A DNA stretch of 64,000 nucleotides. It comes from Octopus vulgaris. Taxonomy: Eukaryota. Location: NCBI GenBank assembly GCA_951406725.2, contig OX597825.1:10974001-11038000 (forward strand), written 5' to 3'. How positions within the stretch are numbered: position 1 is the stretch's first letter; the number at the start of each line of letters is the position of its first letter. Made by a program: the position numbers and the translations under genes. The notes under the pieces are model-generated. The model saw nothing but the letters and a program-made list of their open reading frames with translations. It was not told the DNA's origin and did not search any database. Shown piece after piece: positions 25,733 through 39,672 of the stretch.

Positions 25733-26075
25733 CTAGACAGAAGTCAATAGGTGATGACATACATTAGACTTAAAAGGCTGGAGGTCATATTGAAGAGGAA
25801 AACGAGACTGTGGAAGGGAATTCCAGAATTCAGAAGTGTGTGGGAAGAAACTGGTACTGTAAAGTGCTTTATGACACTTAGGAGGTTGCACAGTATATTG
25901 ATGAGGACTAGATGCAAGTCTTGTTGATCGCTGATAAGTTCTTAAAGGAAGAACCAGAGAAGAGAACTCAGCAGAACAGTGTCCATGGAAATACTTATAG
26001 AAAAGAGACAAAGAAGCCACACGATGATGATGAGAGAGTGAACCCAATTTAGAAGATAGATCAGGATGAATAGCA
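25733..26075 (-). mobile_element. CR1-Zenon-like LINE ORF2 C-terminus
   Basis: HRVASLSLFYKYFHGHCS...SFFPHTSEFWNSLP...YDLQPFKSNV. Confidence 0.75.
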
Positions 26076-28340
26076 TTACAAATATAGCGTTAGAAAATTA
26101 GCATGCGAAGAAACCTCATTGTGATCACTAGACCAACAAAATCACCCTCAGAACAAATGATATTATAAAATGATATACTGGACATTGTAGATCTGATATA
26201 CACATTGATGGAATGATCATGGCTGGAATGCCTTTGTCATCAATTTGCTGCATCAGAGTTTACCTGATATAGCAGATCAAAAAATATTCTATATCAGGTG
26301 AACAAAAATCTATCAAGTAAATATTTTGTTTTCAAGTTTGAATCAAAATATTTTATTGGTATTGTATGTTCAGATGACTGCTTATTTCATTAGTATTGTA
26401 TGTTCTGATGACTGCTTGACAATGAATAGTTTGTGATATATTCTATTCCTTCCATCTCTTCAATTAATTGTAAAATAGGTGAAAGAAAAACAAAAACACT
26501 GGCAGCTTTTATATAGAAGAGAGTAATATGAACTCATTCTTTCAAGATAATCTCAAGATGGGTGTTGGGCAGTTTCATATTTACTGTAATGGAATTGTTT
26601 ATCAAATCTTGTTCAGATAATTTTGTCGGACAATATGATCTTACCTTTGATTTAAAAAAAAAATTAAAAATAAATGTTACTGTTTTGTGGTTAATTTTCA
26701 GTTTCTAAAAATGACTTATTTTATCATCGCTAGTTGGCATTTATGCTCTTTAAGTACCAAATCTCACTTTCTTTACTTTAAGTTTTACTCATTAAATGCT
26801 TACCACTTTAATACTGGGACAATATGGTCTTACTTTTATTAGTTGTTTCATATTGTATTTACTAGTCCTGTATTTCTAGAAAGTTATAGAACTCTTATAA
26901 GAAATTCTCTTATGTTTTATTTTTTAAAAATTTTGTCAATTACAGCAGTTACTAAAGTGGAAAAAAAAGCAAAAATAAAACAAAAAATGACACAAAGAAA
27001 AATAATCTGCTTCAAGTTTGAGTTCTCTTCTGACCAACTGATTGTAAATCAGTATGCAGGTAATCTGAAGACCTATTCATAGTGACCCTTTCTATATAGG
27101 GGTGGAGTGGGAGTATCTTTATATGCATTACTATGATGTACTGTACTTCATAATTTTGTCTCCTTTAATGCATTATTATATTCTTTTCTTTAATTTTCAG
27201 ATTGTAAATTTTTTTTTGGTTTTTGAAATGATTAACCAATCCATTACTTGCTTGAATGCTTTTCCTTGTAGTCAGAGGCTAAAAGAGTGAGGTTCAGTCA
27301 GTTCTTGCATCTGGGGTCCAGGGGTCGAAGGGGAGGACCATGACTGTATTCTAACCTCTTCCCTAAAAAACAAACGTGGTGGGATTGGAAATTCACAGGG
27401 ACTCTCTTTTCCAGTGTCTGAGAGCAGTCTTGTTCACTCAGAGGCACTATTTGTAGTTAATATTCTGTTTCTTCAAAGTCCCCCCAAATACTTTTAGTCT
27501 TAGCTTGAACTTTTAGTAGGTTTAAGGGCACATGTTTTTTGGTTTGTTCTTTCTTGAACATCAACAATTTTTTTAATATATTTTGGAGATGCCAAACTTT
27601 TTATTCTACTTGAAAATTTTCTTTATTCTTAAGAACAATGAAAATCATTAACCGGAGCAATTACAGATTATGTGTATAGCAATCACTTTTTACTTTCATC
27701 CTTGTTGGTTAAGTCTTTTTATTTTTTAAGACCAAATAAAGTAACTTCCTTCAATTATTTTAGTAAATGGAAAAATTTTTTTTACACATCTTTGACATTA
27801 GTAAATCTGGAAGCTAAGTAAAATATTTGCAATATGACTACTGTAGTGTAACAGAAATCAAAAGATAATGTGATGCTTTACTGGAAGATACTGACTCTTG
27901 AACAACATGCAAAAGTATTTTTTTACTTTTTATGCATATTAACTTGATTGTTGTAACTGGGGGTGGTTGTAAGTTGGTAAGTATCTGTATATTATACTTT
28001 TGAAATTGTAAAGCAGTTGTTTTTAACATTTTTGTTGAGTATTTCTGTTGGATATATTAGTACACTGGTGATGCAAAAAATAGGCATTTAAGCATTCACA
28101 AGTTGACAATGTTAATTGCCACCAATTTTGAAATGAGTAGGAGGAACCATCCTATTAAGAAGAAAATGAAGACGAATATGCGATCAAGCGGTGGTGCCTC
28201 AGCATGGCCACGGCCTTCGGGCTAAAACATTTTTAAGGATTTAAGGATTTAAGCTCCTTAGTACAAGTCAAAAAAACAACAATCAAATTATGTTAAAGAA
28301 ACATATCTTGAAGAAAGGACAAATTCGTTTAGTCATAAGA

Positions 28341-28857
28341 TAATAATAATGAAATTATTGTATACAGTGCTCAGGTACACCACAACTTGTCAAAAAGTGC
28401 ATATAAAGTATATGCAGTAATGTACAAATGTCTGGAAAGCGAAAAGTGTATGAGTCAGATACATGCTTGCGTGTGTATGGAGGGGAGAAAATCAGGTGTA
28501 GTAGTGTTGGCGAATCTCAGGAAGCATGGAAGTTTTGAAAGACGCAGTGCTCCGACAACTAACAACTGATGCCGGCAGTTTGTTCCATACTTCAGTAACT
28601 CTCAGCGTGAAAAAATGTTTCCGAAAGTCATAGGAGCTGTGCTGTTTTCTGACTTTGTAAACATATCCATGGGTGTTAGACAGGTGGAGTTTGAAAAGGT
28701 GCTCAGAGTTATTGTTTGTAAGATGGTTAATAATTTTATGGGTGTCTGCCAAGTCAGCTGTCAAACGTCAGAGTTTCAATGTATCCATGCCCAGGGAAGT
28801 AAGGCGTTCAGAATATGGCAAATGCCTGATGGAGGGTATTCCCTTGGTTGCACGTCA
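28341..28857 (-). mobile_element. CR1-clade LINE 3' end
   Basis: RATKGIPSIRHLPYSERLTSLG...RKHFFTLRVTEVWNKLP with (TTA)n tail. Confidence 0.9.
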
Positions 28858-30014
28858 CTGGGAAATATCACTGCTTATTTCATTTTCTTGCCTACATTCT
28901 TTCCATAGAGTTCTGAAAATAAAATGTTGATCACTCTGTACCTATCCACTAATTTCATTAGTTAAAATCTTGCTAAATAAGTGTTTACATTGACTGTCAA
29001 GAATGTTAAAAGAAAAAATGTAAAAGCTGGGACATACTGGTAGTATAGTGTTTTCGGGCAGCATAGTATTTTTACATGTCATAAGAATAGCCATAAACTT
29101 TTTTTCACCCTCTTTTCTTCTTCGTAGCTTTAGTTGGCTCATATAAGCCAACTACTTAAAGAAAATATTTTGCTCACTTTGCTTCTAACTACATACTCTG
29201 GTGAATACTACCTTTCCCCTGCAGTATTCTCCAACAATGCTAGCAGTTTCATTAAACTAACAGCTCTACTGTCTTATAATTCATGACATATTAATAAAGT
29301 TGAATATTTTGCAAAGGTAACTCAACCTTACTGCATAATCTATGACTCAACTGCCAGAAAATACATGATTTACTCACATACTAAACAAGAAACATTTTAG
29401 TTACATTTTTTTTGTTCTTTTAATCAAGATCTTGAAACCCATGAAGGCAGTGAAAGGAAGAAATGATATAGCACTTGACTTAAGGTATTCAGTTTTGTAC
29501 TTCTCTGTCCACAGTTCACATAATACATTTAACATTATTTACATCCTACAGTGTTGATAAATAGGTTCTAGGTATAAACTGTAAAATATAAAAATAGTGT
29601 AAATACTTTCCTAATTCCAAGGGGTTTTAAGGCTAGTACTTCATGGCAAGAAGTGGACCAAAGACATATCTTTACTTTCACATTTCTTCTTCTATACATT
29701 CAACAGAATTTGCAATGTGGCTGCTCTCTGTGCTAACTGCTGATTTTGAATCTGTGATATTGCTCCCTCAAACAGTATCAAGCAACACTTAGAGCTTCCT
29801 GGGGAATCTTCGAGTTCTTTTAGTCAACATCGAAGCATACATTCTTGTTTCTATACACACCTCCCTATTGTTTTTGCAGCCTCTACAACAAATGAGGGGT
29901 AGCTATTACCACTCTACACATACTGTGTTTTCTCTGTTTTATAACTTGCTTAAGGTGATTTGCTTTTTGCTCTCAGCTTTTGGTCTTTCAAAATGTTTCT
30001 GCCATATCTATGAT

Positions 30015-30125
30015 ACACATACATATGCACACACACACACACACATACACATATGTACACATTTATACAAACATGCACATACACGTACACACTTGCAGAT
30101 GCACACATGCACATATGCACCTAAC
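30015..30125. repeat. Degenerate CA-rich simple repeat
   Basis: Directly visible. Confidence 0.85.
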
Positions 30126-31989
30126 TATAAATACTTACGTATGCGTATATTGATTTCTTATTGCAATATATCTGTTTTCTGATGTTTATACAAGTTGAAT
30201 TAATTTTTTCCAGCACAGTGTCTCACCACTTGTTACTGTACTTTGTAATCTCCTCCTTCATGAAGTTTGGACTCCTAAGGTCAGTTTTCTTTCCTTTTAC
30301 CCATGCTTTCTTTGGCCATCTTTTCCTGCAGGTTCTTTCCACTTTAATTGTTAGGCATTCGTTTACCCAACTTTCATTCTGTATATGCGTCACATGTCTA
30401 TATCAGCTGAGACTTTTCTCTGGTACATTTCATTTAATTCTTCTTCACATCTAGTTTTTCTTGTGGTTTATTTGTGCTCCATTGTTCTGATTTTGTACCA
30501 TCAGAAAAAAATATTTTCAGTTTCTAGCAGTTAAGATAACCTTACTAATAACATAGTAACAAGAATAATAGTAACAAAAATAATTTACTTGTTTCACATC
30601 TGTTCTATGACTGGGATGCCCTTCCCATCACAAACCACTTTATAGGGTGCACTTCACCCTGACACCAGTACTAAAGAGGAGAATCAAAGTATCAGTTCTC
30701 ATTCAGAGCTACTTCTATCCTAAATAGTCTGTTCCCAAAATGGATTGAATCATAAAACAAACAATACAATACAGTGAAATTACCAGAATGGATTTACTTG
30801 ATCCTGACATATAACTTGCATACATGGAAATGTATGATCTGATTATAAGTTTTCTAGGGCTAACTACATTAATGAATAACCTGAAACACTTATATTCATA
30901 CAAAAAATTAAGTGTATAATTTTTGTCTGCTTTATCATCTTACTAGGCGTCATCATTAAAACTGATACGAGATGTATTTGAAATAATTAAATATAATGTT
31001 AGTATTGATTTCTAGTAAGCTTATAAAAAAAGAATTTTGACCACCCAATTCAAAATTTGAAGTCCAAGTATTAGTACTTGTTTAGCTAAAGGATTTGTAT
31101 TATAATTGATGATTATCTATTGTTTTTATTGCACTGATGGCATTTATCATGAAAATAGACCCATCTTCTTTCATGTAAAAATTATCATAATAAAAAAATG
31201 GAAAAAGTCCAGCTTAACCTTTCAAATCAAGTAGAATGCTGTGCATCATAGACAGTTTGTCAGAAGTAAGGTTTATTTACATAGGAGTGACAGTTGGCAG
31301 CTGTGACTAACTAATACTTGAATTACTACTTAAATCCTGAGTCAAAACAAAACTTAGGCTGATAAGGAGTTCAAATTGATCCAGGTGGATCAATTTCCAC
31401 CCCATTATATTATAGAAGGATCTGATTGTTACTCCCATAATTAATAAATCACATATGTGATTTGTGAGATCACTACTGTTTCTAGAAACATTTTTGTCTA
31501 CAAATTAAAATTTTGTCTACAAATAAAAATGCGATTATAAATTTCATCTTTCAGTATCAGTATATCATTTGGTTGTTTTTAAGTCCCATATTTTTACTTT
31601 TATACCTTCTTGAGTCATGAATATGTACATATTTCAAAATGTGATACCTTCTGATATTTGTATGGGTTTTATAGGTGGTAAATTGGCTTCTGCTCAGGCT
31701 CTTTCTATTGTGAGTTCAAATTCCATCTTTTATTGCCAGCCACCTTATGATGGGATGCAGTACCTTCAGGAACCAGCTAAACGGTGATAGGTTTCAATAT
31801 CAGACAGAATAATGCGTTGATTGGCACATCAGATTCTGCACTAAAGTCAGCTATGAGGACAGAAATTTCAATATAGTTTGTTAATTAGCATTTATTTACA
31901 TTCCTGTTTTCATATTTGCTGGATCTAATGTCAGGGGCAGCATCAATATCATTGGTTCCTTCTGGACCAATGATATTGATGCTGTTAGT

Positions 31990-32385
31990 ATTCCTTTTGA
32001 ACCTGCATGCAAGAGATGAATAAAGAGGGGTTCAGATGGTTCACATTTAGAGAAGGAAGGCCTGGGCATAGTGATTAGTGCAGAGCCTGAGTGGGGTTGG
32101 ATGCAGCAAGAGAGATGAGAGGAGAAAGTGGGTTGGGAATGTCTGATTGTGGATGACATGAGCCCATCCAGCTCTGAGGAACAGGCCATTATAGCAGCAG
32201 TAGAAAAGGCAGAGAGAAGACAATATGCTTGTGGGCCAGACGGTGGAGCAGCATGTCTTTAAGTAACTTTATGACAATCAGGCAGGTATCCCTTTTCTAA
32301 ATGCAGTCTTGAATGTCTATGTGCAGCAGCACCACCATTCCAAGTGTGAGAATAACATTCCATTGTGGGTCTCACCTAGATTTAG
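31990..32385 (-). mobile_element. Highly decayed CR1-Zenon-like fragment
   Basis: Minus strand VRPTMECYSHTWNG resembles QVRP.MEYCSH.W; stops and frameshifts follow. Confidence 0.5.
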
Positions 32386-33274
32386 AGTGAAAATAAAGGC
32401 TTAAACATTTTCTATTGGATGTTTTATTTTTATATTTATTTCCATTAGAAAAACAAAATACTGTAACGCTTTAATTAAAAGCTAAAATCTTGAGACTCTC
32501 CAGTTTTGACAGTTTAATGTATGGATTTAGCCTGCACAATTAAGCTTGCTAAGTTGGGAACAACAAATTAATTTTGGCTCAATTCTAGAATTAATTAGGC
32601 TGTAAAGATTTGCCATTATTACAGTTGAGGATCTGCTTGTTTAAAAAAAAATCGAAATTGTGCACCACTACTTCTGTGTAAACAGCTAACCTGCAGAAAG
32701 CTGTCAAGTAACAGTCACTTTTGATCCTGATCATAATGAAGGTAGTAGTGGAGAGTAATGAGATGAAATGAGTTATTTAATTTTTGAGATCTTTCTCTAT
32801 TCTTATCATTAATCTGTTCAGTATTTTGTTAGTTACTCTTCTTTCTGCAAGAAAATCGTGAAATGAAATGAATCCAGATGTTTGAAAAATAGCAATTACA
32901 TGTTTTGACAAATTTTTGTTACTGACTTACTAATATTCAACTAATATTACCTATTATTCTAAAATATTATACAACAAATCAATATTGACATTTAATTTTA
33001 ATTTTAATAACAATTTATTTAAATATATAATATACAAGAATTAACATAATAGATATTATTAAATAACAAAACAATGAACATTACAATATTATTATATTAA
33101 ATAACCATATGTATTTTATTCCACTTTGATTTCATCCTTTAATCTATAAATCAGTCATCAATTACCTTAAATACTCTGCCATAAAGTCTGAGAATAATTA
33201 TTTTACAGAATTAAAAAAATAGCAGTAACTCTATTATTTTAATATGTTGTTTTGAACATCATTATGGCAATGAA

Positions 33275-34400
33275 CATCATCATCATCATCATCATCATCA
33301 TCATTGTCATCATCGTTTAACGTCCGCTTTCCATGCTGGCATGGGTTGGACGGTTGGGCTGAGGACTGGTGAGCCAGAGGCTGCACCAGGCTCAATCTGA
33401 TCTGGCAAAGTTTCTACAATTGGATGCCCTTCCTAACTTCAACCACTCCAAGAGTGTAGCAGGTGGCTCTGGCAACGACCACGCTCAAAAGGTGTTTTTA
33501 CGTGCTTACCTGCATGGGAGCCAGTCTGGCGGATCTGGCACTGACCACGCTTGAATGTTGTTTTTCACGTGCCACTGGCATATGTACTGGTAAAGCGACA
33601 CTGGCAATGATCACGCTTGAATGGTGCTTTTCACGTGTCACCAGTACGGGAACCAATGCTCGGATATGTTTTTAATGTTCCACTGACATGAGTGCCAATC
33701 AGGCGGTACTGTCATTGGCCATGTCGGTGAGTTTGATTTGTTTACACTTGCCTCAGTAGGTCTTTGCAAGCAAAGTTTATTGTCCAGTGAATGAGGGGTA
33801 CTCATAAGTGGGCCGGTTACACCCTACATTCGGATGTGCTTTTAACGTTCCACTGGCACGAGTACTGTCATTGGCCATGTCAGCAATTTTGATTTTGATT
33901 TTACTTGCCTCAATAGGTCTTCACAAGCAAGGTTTATTGTCCAATAAATGAGGGGTATTCATAAATGGGCTGGTTACACCCACTGGCACAGGCCATGGGT
34001 TATGGTCTCACTTGGCTTGTCGGGTCTTCTCAAGCACAGCATATCTCCAAAGGTCCCAGTCACTAGTCATTGCCTTGGTAAGGCTCAATGTTCAAAGGTC
34101 GTGCTTCACCACATCATCACCACATCATCTCAAGTTTTCCTGGGTCTACCTCTTCCACAGGTTCCCTCAACTGCTAGGATGTGACACTTTTTCACACAGT
34201 TGTTCTTATTCATTCGCAACACCACATCTGATGTTTCTTAAATCCAACTTTTCTCTCAGGGCACTTACACTCTGTTGTGTGTGCACATTGACATTACACA
34301 TCCAACGGAGCATACAGGCTTCATTCCTTGCAAGCTTATGCATGTCCTCAGCAGTCACAGCCCATGTTTCACTGCCATGTAGCATGGCTGTTCAATGCAT
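33275..34400 (-). mobile_element. 5'-truncated RTE LINE: ORF2 end, long 3'UTR, (GAT)n tail
   Basis: Minus strand EACMLRWMCNVNVHTQQSVSALREKL at ~34240-34330, contiguous with the ~200-bp tail seen alone elsewhere. Confidence 0.88.
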
Positions 34401-35627
34401 TTTTTCAAGTTTGTGATTTTACTCAACCAGCTGTTAAGTATTGTTAGGTTCTCTTTTTGTCACTATTTCTTTTCAGATAATTAAATTTATTATTGACAGG
34501 AGTATCAAAATTCAATTTTGAAAACTAAGAAAATCTTAATTTAAAGGACATTCAAAATAATAATATTCATTTCTTCTTGTAGGAGAGGATGTAAAGTTAC
34601 TTGAACACTTTGTTACTGATACTTATTTTATTAATTTAAAAGGTGGAAGGCAAATATGATTTTTGACATAATTTTAACTGAAAGAAAACAAGAATAGATA
34701 TTATATATTTGAAAAAAAATATCGAAGGTCACCTCTTCAGTATTTTAGAAATATATGTAAACATAGAAGATAGTGTTTTCCAACTGACTGAATAATTAGG
34801 GAGTTGGCTTTTTGAAAGCTCAAATGGGATAAGTTTTGTGTTAATTATATTTGACTGTTCTCATACATTTACAAATATTTTTGTTATTTCGACAGTATTT
34901 TTCTTTCTTATCAGAAAATTATTAAAATCTTTGCTTTGAGATAATAACTATAAGGTTACAAGATAGCATACTATGGTTGTGATTATTTCAAGTAAAAATT
35001 GGGATTGTTGTATATACACACCATATCTGAAACTATGTGATTATCAATTTATGAGTGGATATCTTGCTGATTTGTGCAAATTATCATCAATGTCAATAGT
35101 ACTTGAAAGCCTTGTCTTCTTATATGTTGGACCTTTGGCTATTAAAAAAATGTTTGCATTACTTCTAGTTTATCTTATTATATCTACATTTCTTAAGTCC
35201 TGTTGTTGTTTTCACAGTCGCATATCAGTTATTGTATTTCTACTGTAAAAATCTAAAGATTTGTTTGAAGTAAAAGTTAACAATTTTTCACAGTTAGCGA
35301 ATAGTATATTCTGTAATTATCAAATGTTGAAACCATTATTTCATGAAACTTCAACTACAGTCATTTACTTAACTTTGTCGGGATTATGGCTAAGATTATC
35401 AGATTTAATGCATACTTTACAATTAAGATTAACTGGAATGGACCATTACAAGAAATCTAACAAGACAAGCAAGTAAAAAAAAAAAAGAAAGAAATCATTA
35501 GTTGGATTCGTTAGTTTAATTGCTGTTTCTGTTTTTATGGAAATTACAGAAAGAAAATGATTTATTGAAAAGTTGAGAAAGTTCACATTAAAAAAAAAAT
35601 AACAAGGAAAATTCCTTTTTACTAAGG

Positions 35628-35876
35628 ATGAATGATTTTGTGATTGGTAAAAAAAATTCTAAAATCAACGAAGGAATTTTGTCTAGACTTGCTCTGTCAG
35701 CATCCAGAGGTATGGATTTAACAAAGGAAACTATGTCTTCAGAGTGTCATAAACAAGAGCACCACCAACGGTCAGAAGAAAATAATTCACAACATGAGTC
35801 ACAAAATAACTATTTTCATGGATCCGCTGCTAATAAATTGCCTTATGATCTTCTACAAAGTCTTTCCTCACAAAGG
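35628..35876 (+). CDS. Candidate first coding exon (83 codons, phase 0) of an unidentified host gene
   Basis: ATG-started, repeat-free ORF MNDFVIGKKNSKINEGILSRLALSASRG...LPYDLLQSLSSQR with protein-like composition, ending at consensus donor AGG|GTGAGT; upstream ~1 kb looks unique. Confidence 0.5.
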
Positions 35877-35934
35877 GTGAGTAAAATCTTTGCCAATGAT
35901 TATTTTTAATTTTAAGAGTTATCAGAATATTCTT

Positions 35935-36232
35935 TTATTCTTTTACTTGTTTCAGCCATTTGACTGCAGCTATGCTGGGGCACCACCTTTAGTCGAGCAA
36001 ATCAACCCCAAGACTTATTCTTTGTAAGCCTAGTACTTATTCTATCTGTCTCTTTTGCCAAACTGTTAAGTTACGGGGACGTAAACATACCAGCATTGGT
36101 TGTCAAGCCAAATCCACTCACAAGGCTTTGGTTAGTCTGTGGCTGTAGTAGAAGACGTGCCATGCAGTGTTACTGAACCTGGAACCATGTGGTTAGTAAC
36201 CAAGCTACTTACCACACAGCCACTTCTGTGCC
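35935..36232 (-). mobile_element. OK-like SINE with internal deletion
   Basis: Homolog of 13402-13812 lacking the central microsatellite. Confidence 0.85.
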
Positions 36233-36939
36233 TAGAATAGCTTAAAAATAGTTATTAACATCAGTATTAAGTATTTATAATATATATTGTGACATGAAAA
36301 GCATACATTTGCTTTCACACGAGTGATAACTGTAGTTTATAAATTTATGTACTGCTTTAGATAATTTGAAATGTAAGGTGTGTAGCTTGTGAAATACGCA
36401 TTACTATAAAGAGTAAGCAATGTGGTTACTACTGATTTTACTTCTGCATAGGTAGGGAAAGAGGAATTGATCTGACTACTTTCTAATCCTCTGGACTTTT
36501 ATTAGGTAAAAATATCCATCTTCTATCCCTGCAGGGATTAGAAGCATAGAACTATTTATAGTGGATAGAGACAAGGGCTCAGTATAAACAGTGTAAATTA
36601 TATTTAAATGAAACTGAAACTTCGCAAATGCTACTCAATTATTTTATCACTCCAACTAATTTTATGCATAACATACACACACACGTGCGTGCACATTACC
36701 ATTGCTTTAGCCCTATGCTCACCTTGGCATGCTGGCATAGGCTAGATAGAGTTTGTGGGGAATTCTCTTATGGTTGGGTGTACTTTGTGTCTTTAAGTCT
36801 TTTAGTTTCTTCTTATGAAGCCCAAGGACATGCTTTATCTATTCTAAAACCATTGTGTACATTTGCATGTGTATATATATGTGTGTGTGTGTGTATAATC
36901 TTTATGTATGTATACATGTTTGTAGGTGTAGGCATGGTA

Positions 36940-37100
36940 TAGGCACAGATCTGATTGTATGGTTAAGAAGTTTGCTTCCCAACCACATGATTTCAGGTTT
37001 AGTGCCACTACGTGACACTTTATGCAAGTGTCTTCTACAATAACCCTAAACCAACCAAAACTCAGTGGATTTGGTAAATACTTAATCTTAGAGACTAGTG
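36940..37100 (+). mobile_element. Degenerate OK-like SINE 5' half
   Basis: CCCAACCACATGATTTCAGGTTTAGTGCCACT...GTGGATTTGGTA. Confidence 0.7.
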
Positions 37101-37109
37101 TATATATAT

Positions 37110-37312
37110 GACCTCGTGTGTACCGTTGGCGATTTTTTTCCTCTGTCTTCCCTTCTCTGGATCTTTTCTTCTCCTATGTTTCCGACGAAGAGCTCCGCTC
37201 GAAGCATTAAACCCTCCTTCTTCCCTTCTTTCCTGAGCATCCAATAATACTATATTTGTTCCACGTCCTCGCGTTGTTGTGTTTTTTTGTGTTTTCTTGT
37301 TTGGATTAACTA
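37110..37312 (+). mobile_element. Penelope-type terminal-repeat-like fragment between (TA)n runs
   Basis: Pyrimidine-rich block containing a degenerate minimal hammerhead motif. Confidence 0.5.
37178..37212 (+). ncRNA. Degenerate minimal type I hammerhead-like motif, probably inactive
   Basis: GTTT-CCGACGA-A-GAGC-TCC-GCTC-GAAG-CATT-AAAC: stems I and II pair, core deviates from CUGANGA/GAAA. Confidence 0.45.
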
Positions 37313-37324
37313 TATATATATATA

Positions 37325-38010
37325 GGGTTCTGTGAATACACTTTTGTCTAAATTACGCAAAAATGAAAATAATACGGACATCTCATTTTAACAAATATAT
37401 TTATCAAAATTACATAAAACTACCTTGAAATACTAAAGAGTAAATTTATTCAGTAAAATTGCCATTGGCTTCAACCACAGCCTTCAGACGACTTTGGAAT
37501 CTCCTGCAACTTTTCTCGATGAAAAGTTGGTGAATGCTGCTATAATTCTTGCCTTCATTTCATCTTTGGTGTTACAAAGAATTTTGTTGGTCTCTAGGGT
37601 AACTGTGCCATACACATAATAATCAAGGGTGTTACAGTCTGGGGAGTTAGGTGGCCAGATGTTAGGGTTAGTGTGGTTGCAGAAATTGTGTGACAGTCAT
37701 GACTGAGTTCTCCTGCTTATGTGACATGGTGCAGAGTCATGTTGTCAGGCATAGGGTGTTCCAGCAGCCACCTTCTTGACCCAGGGCAGCACTACTTCCT
37801 CCAGGCACTTGTTGTAGGTCTCCATGTTGAGTCTGAGGCCATATGGGAAGATGAATGGAGGCATAATGTCACCATCACTAGTGATCACTCCAAACACCAT
37901 GATGTTGACTGGATGTTTGATTTTTATCACTCTTGTTACATGCACTGTCCTCAGATTGACACCCAAACACTCTGAAATGTTTGTGTTGGAGCTTCCAGTA
38001 TGCATAAAAA
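37325..38010 (-). mobile_element. Tc1/mariner (maT/DD37D-like) transposase relic
   Basis: KHPVNIMVFGVITSDGDIMPPFIFP...HDSAPCH...WPPNSPDCNTLDYYV with stops. Confidence 0.88.
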
Positions 38011-38012
38011 CC

Positions 38013-38190
38013 ATTTATAAGCCATTTAAAATACACAATAAAAAGTATTCACTGACAAAATTCCTAGATGCAGCATGGAATTTTGTCAGTGAACAGGTCG
38101 CAGTCTTAAAGTGATGAAAATATTTTGGCAAATTAAATTTAAATGTTGAAGTGAATTTAACGGTTTTTGTGTTTTAAATGGCTTATAAAT
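38013..38190. mobile_element. Small inverted-repeat element
   Basis: ATTTATAAGCCATTTAAAA / TTTTAAATGGCTTATAAAT ends. Confidence 0.55.
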
Positions 38191-38802
38191 ACATTCCACA
38201 CACACAAAAAAACAATTGTAATTTAAATTTTCAACCCTTCCCTGTCCCAGTGTGTGTGTGTGTGTGTCTGGTTGTGTAAGAAAAAAACATTTATTAACAG
38301 AAAAGTATGCTATTCAAATAAATTATCTTTTACATACCTTTTTTTAAATCACTCTTTTGCTCTAATGAAATTCCTTACACATGCATACACACACACTGAC
38401 AAACATGCACTCTTTTATTGAGAGTGAGAGTGTAGTAAATTTATATAGTGAGGGTGCAAGTTTACCATGAGAAAAGCAAAAAAATGAAAGAAACAGACAA
38501 ATACAGATCTTTTCTGTTGCTGTCACAGATTTTGAAATTTAAAATTAAGTGAAAATTTTCAAATTAGGTATACTGATGTACTTTTTTGTACTGAATCCAA
38601 GTTTGTGATTTGTTTATTCCCCAAAAAAATTTAGCAAAAAGTTACAGCGGTTTAGTTTGATAATTTTTTACCCAATCAGAATATGGGATTTGTGTGTAAT
38701 AGCTGTGTATCATAAAATGGAAGTAAACATTAAAAGACAGTGTTTTAAACAAAATGAAAGCAATGTGTGAGAGATAATATATATAGAGTGATAAAGAACC
38801 TG

Positions 38803-38838
<36 letters not shown>

Positions 38839-39577
38839 AGTGATAGATTGATTGTGACAGATAGTGGGAGATTTGTCTATCTAGAAGTTGAGTTATTTCA
38901 CATGGCAAATTTTTTTTTTCTTTATGAATGACCTTCTCTTTGGGACCCAGATTTCGAAAATTAAATTTGTTTCCTTGAGGATGCACCGTTTCAGAGCCTT
39001 TCAGAACTAAACACACATACATAACCACATGCACTCGTATTTATATAGTTGATATATAGTGAATGGATAAGGATAATAGATCCAGGCAGGTACCATTCAA
39101 GCACTGTAATATAATCCAGATTTTGGCTAACCACATCGAATGATATAGAATAACTGAGAATTATTGAAGGTAAACAATCACACAGTTTTTCACCTGATGG
39201 CTAAGTCCTGATTTCTGTTCATATATATGTCATAAACCAGTTCAAAGAGAGCTTTTATTCAAACTTTATTCTACTTGCCGTCTAATCCGTTAATCATGGA
39301 CAGCCATGATTAAGACATGTTGTTTTATATTAGGAAAAGACAATATTCATCTATCAACATCATTCGACACTATGCCACATTTTTGTACTCAATACAAAAT
39401 AAGATATCTATATTTTTATCTATTATTTACTCGTGTAGAAAGGAATTAAGGATAGGATATAATTCATAACAATCTTCCCTACTGAGTGAAAAGTAAGCCT
39501 CAGTGCATTCAAAATGTATAGTTCTTTAGATAAAAAGGGGTCTTGATCTCAGTTTTCTCATCTCTTTTTGTAGTCTG

Positions 39578-39672
39578 CGTTTTGTTACCCATATTATACT
39601 TTGCAAGTTTTGTTACCCATATTATTCTTGTTCAGGTATACTTTGCAAGTTTTGTTACCCATATTATTCTCA
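39578..39672. repeat. Short tandem duplication, three copies of TTTTGTTACCCATATTAT
   Basis: Directly visible. Confidence 0.85.
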
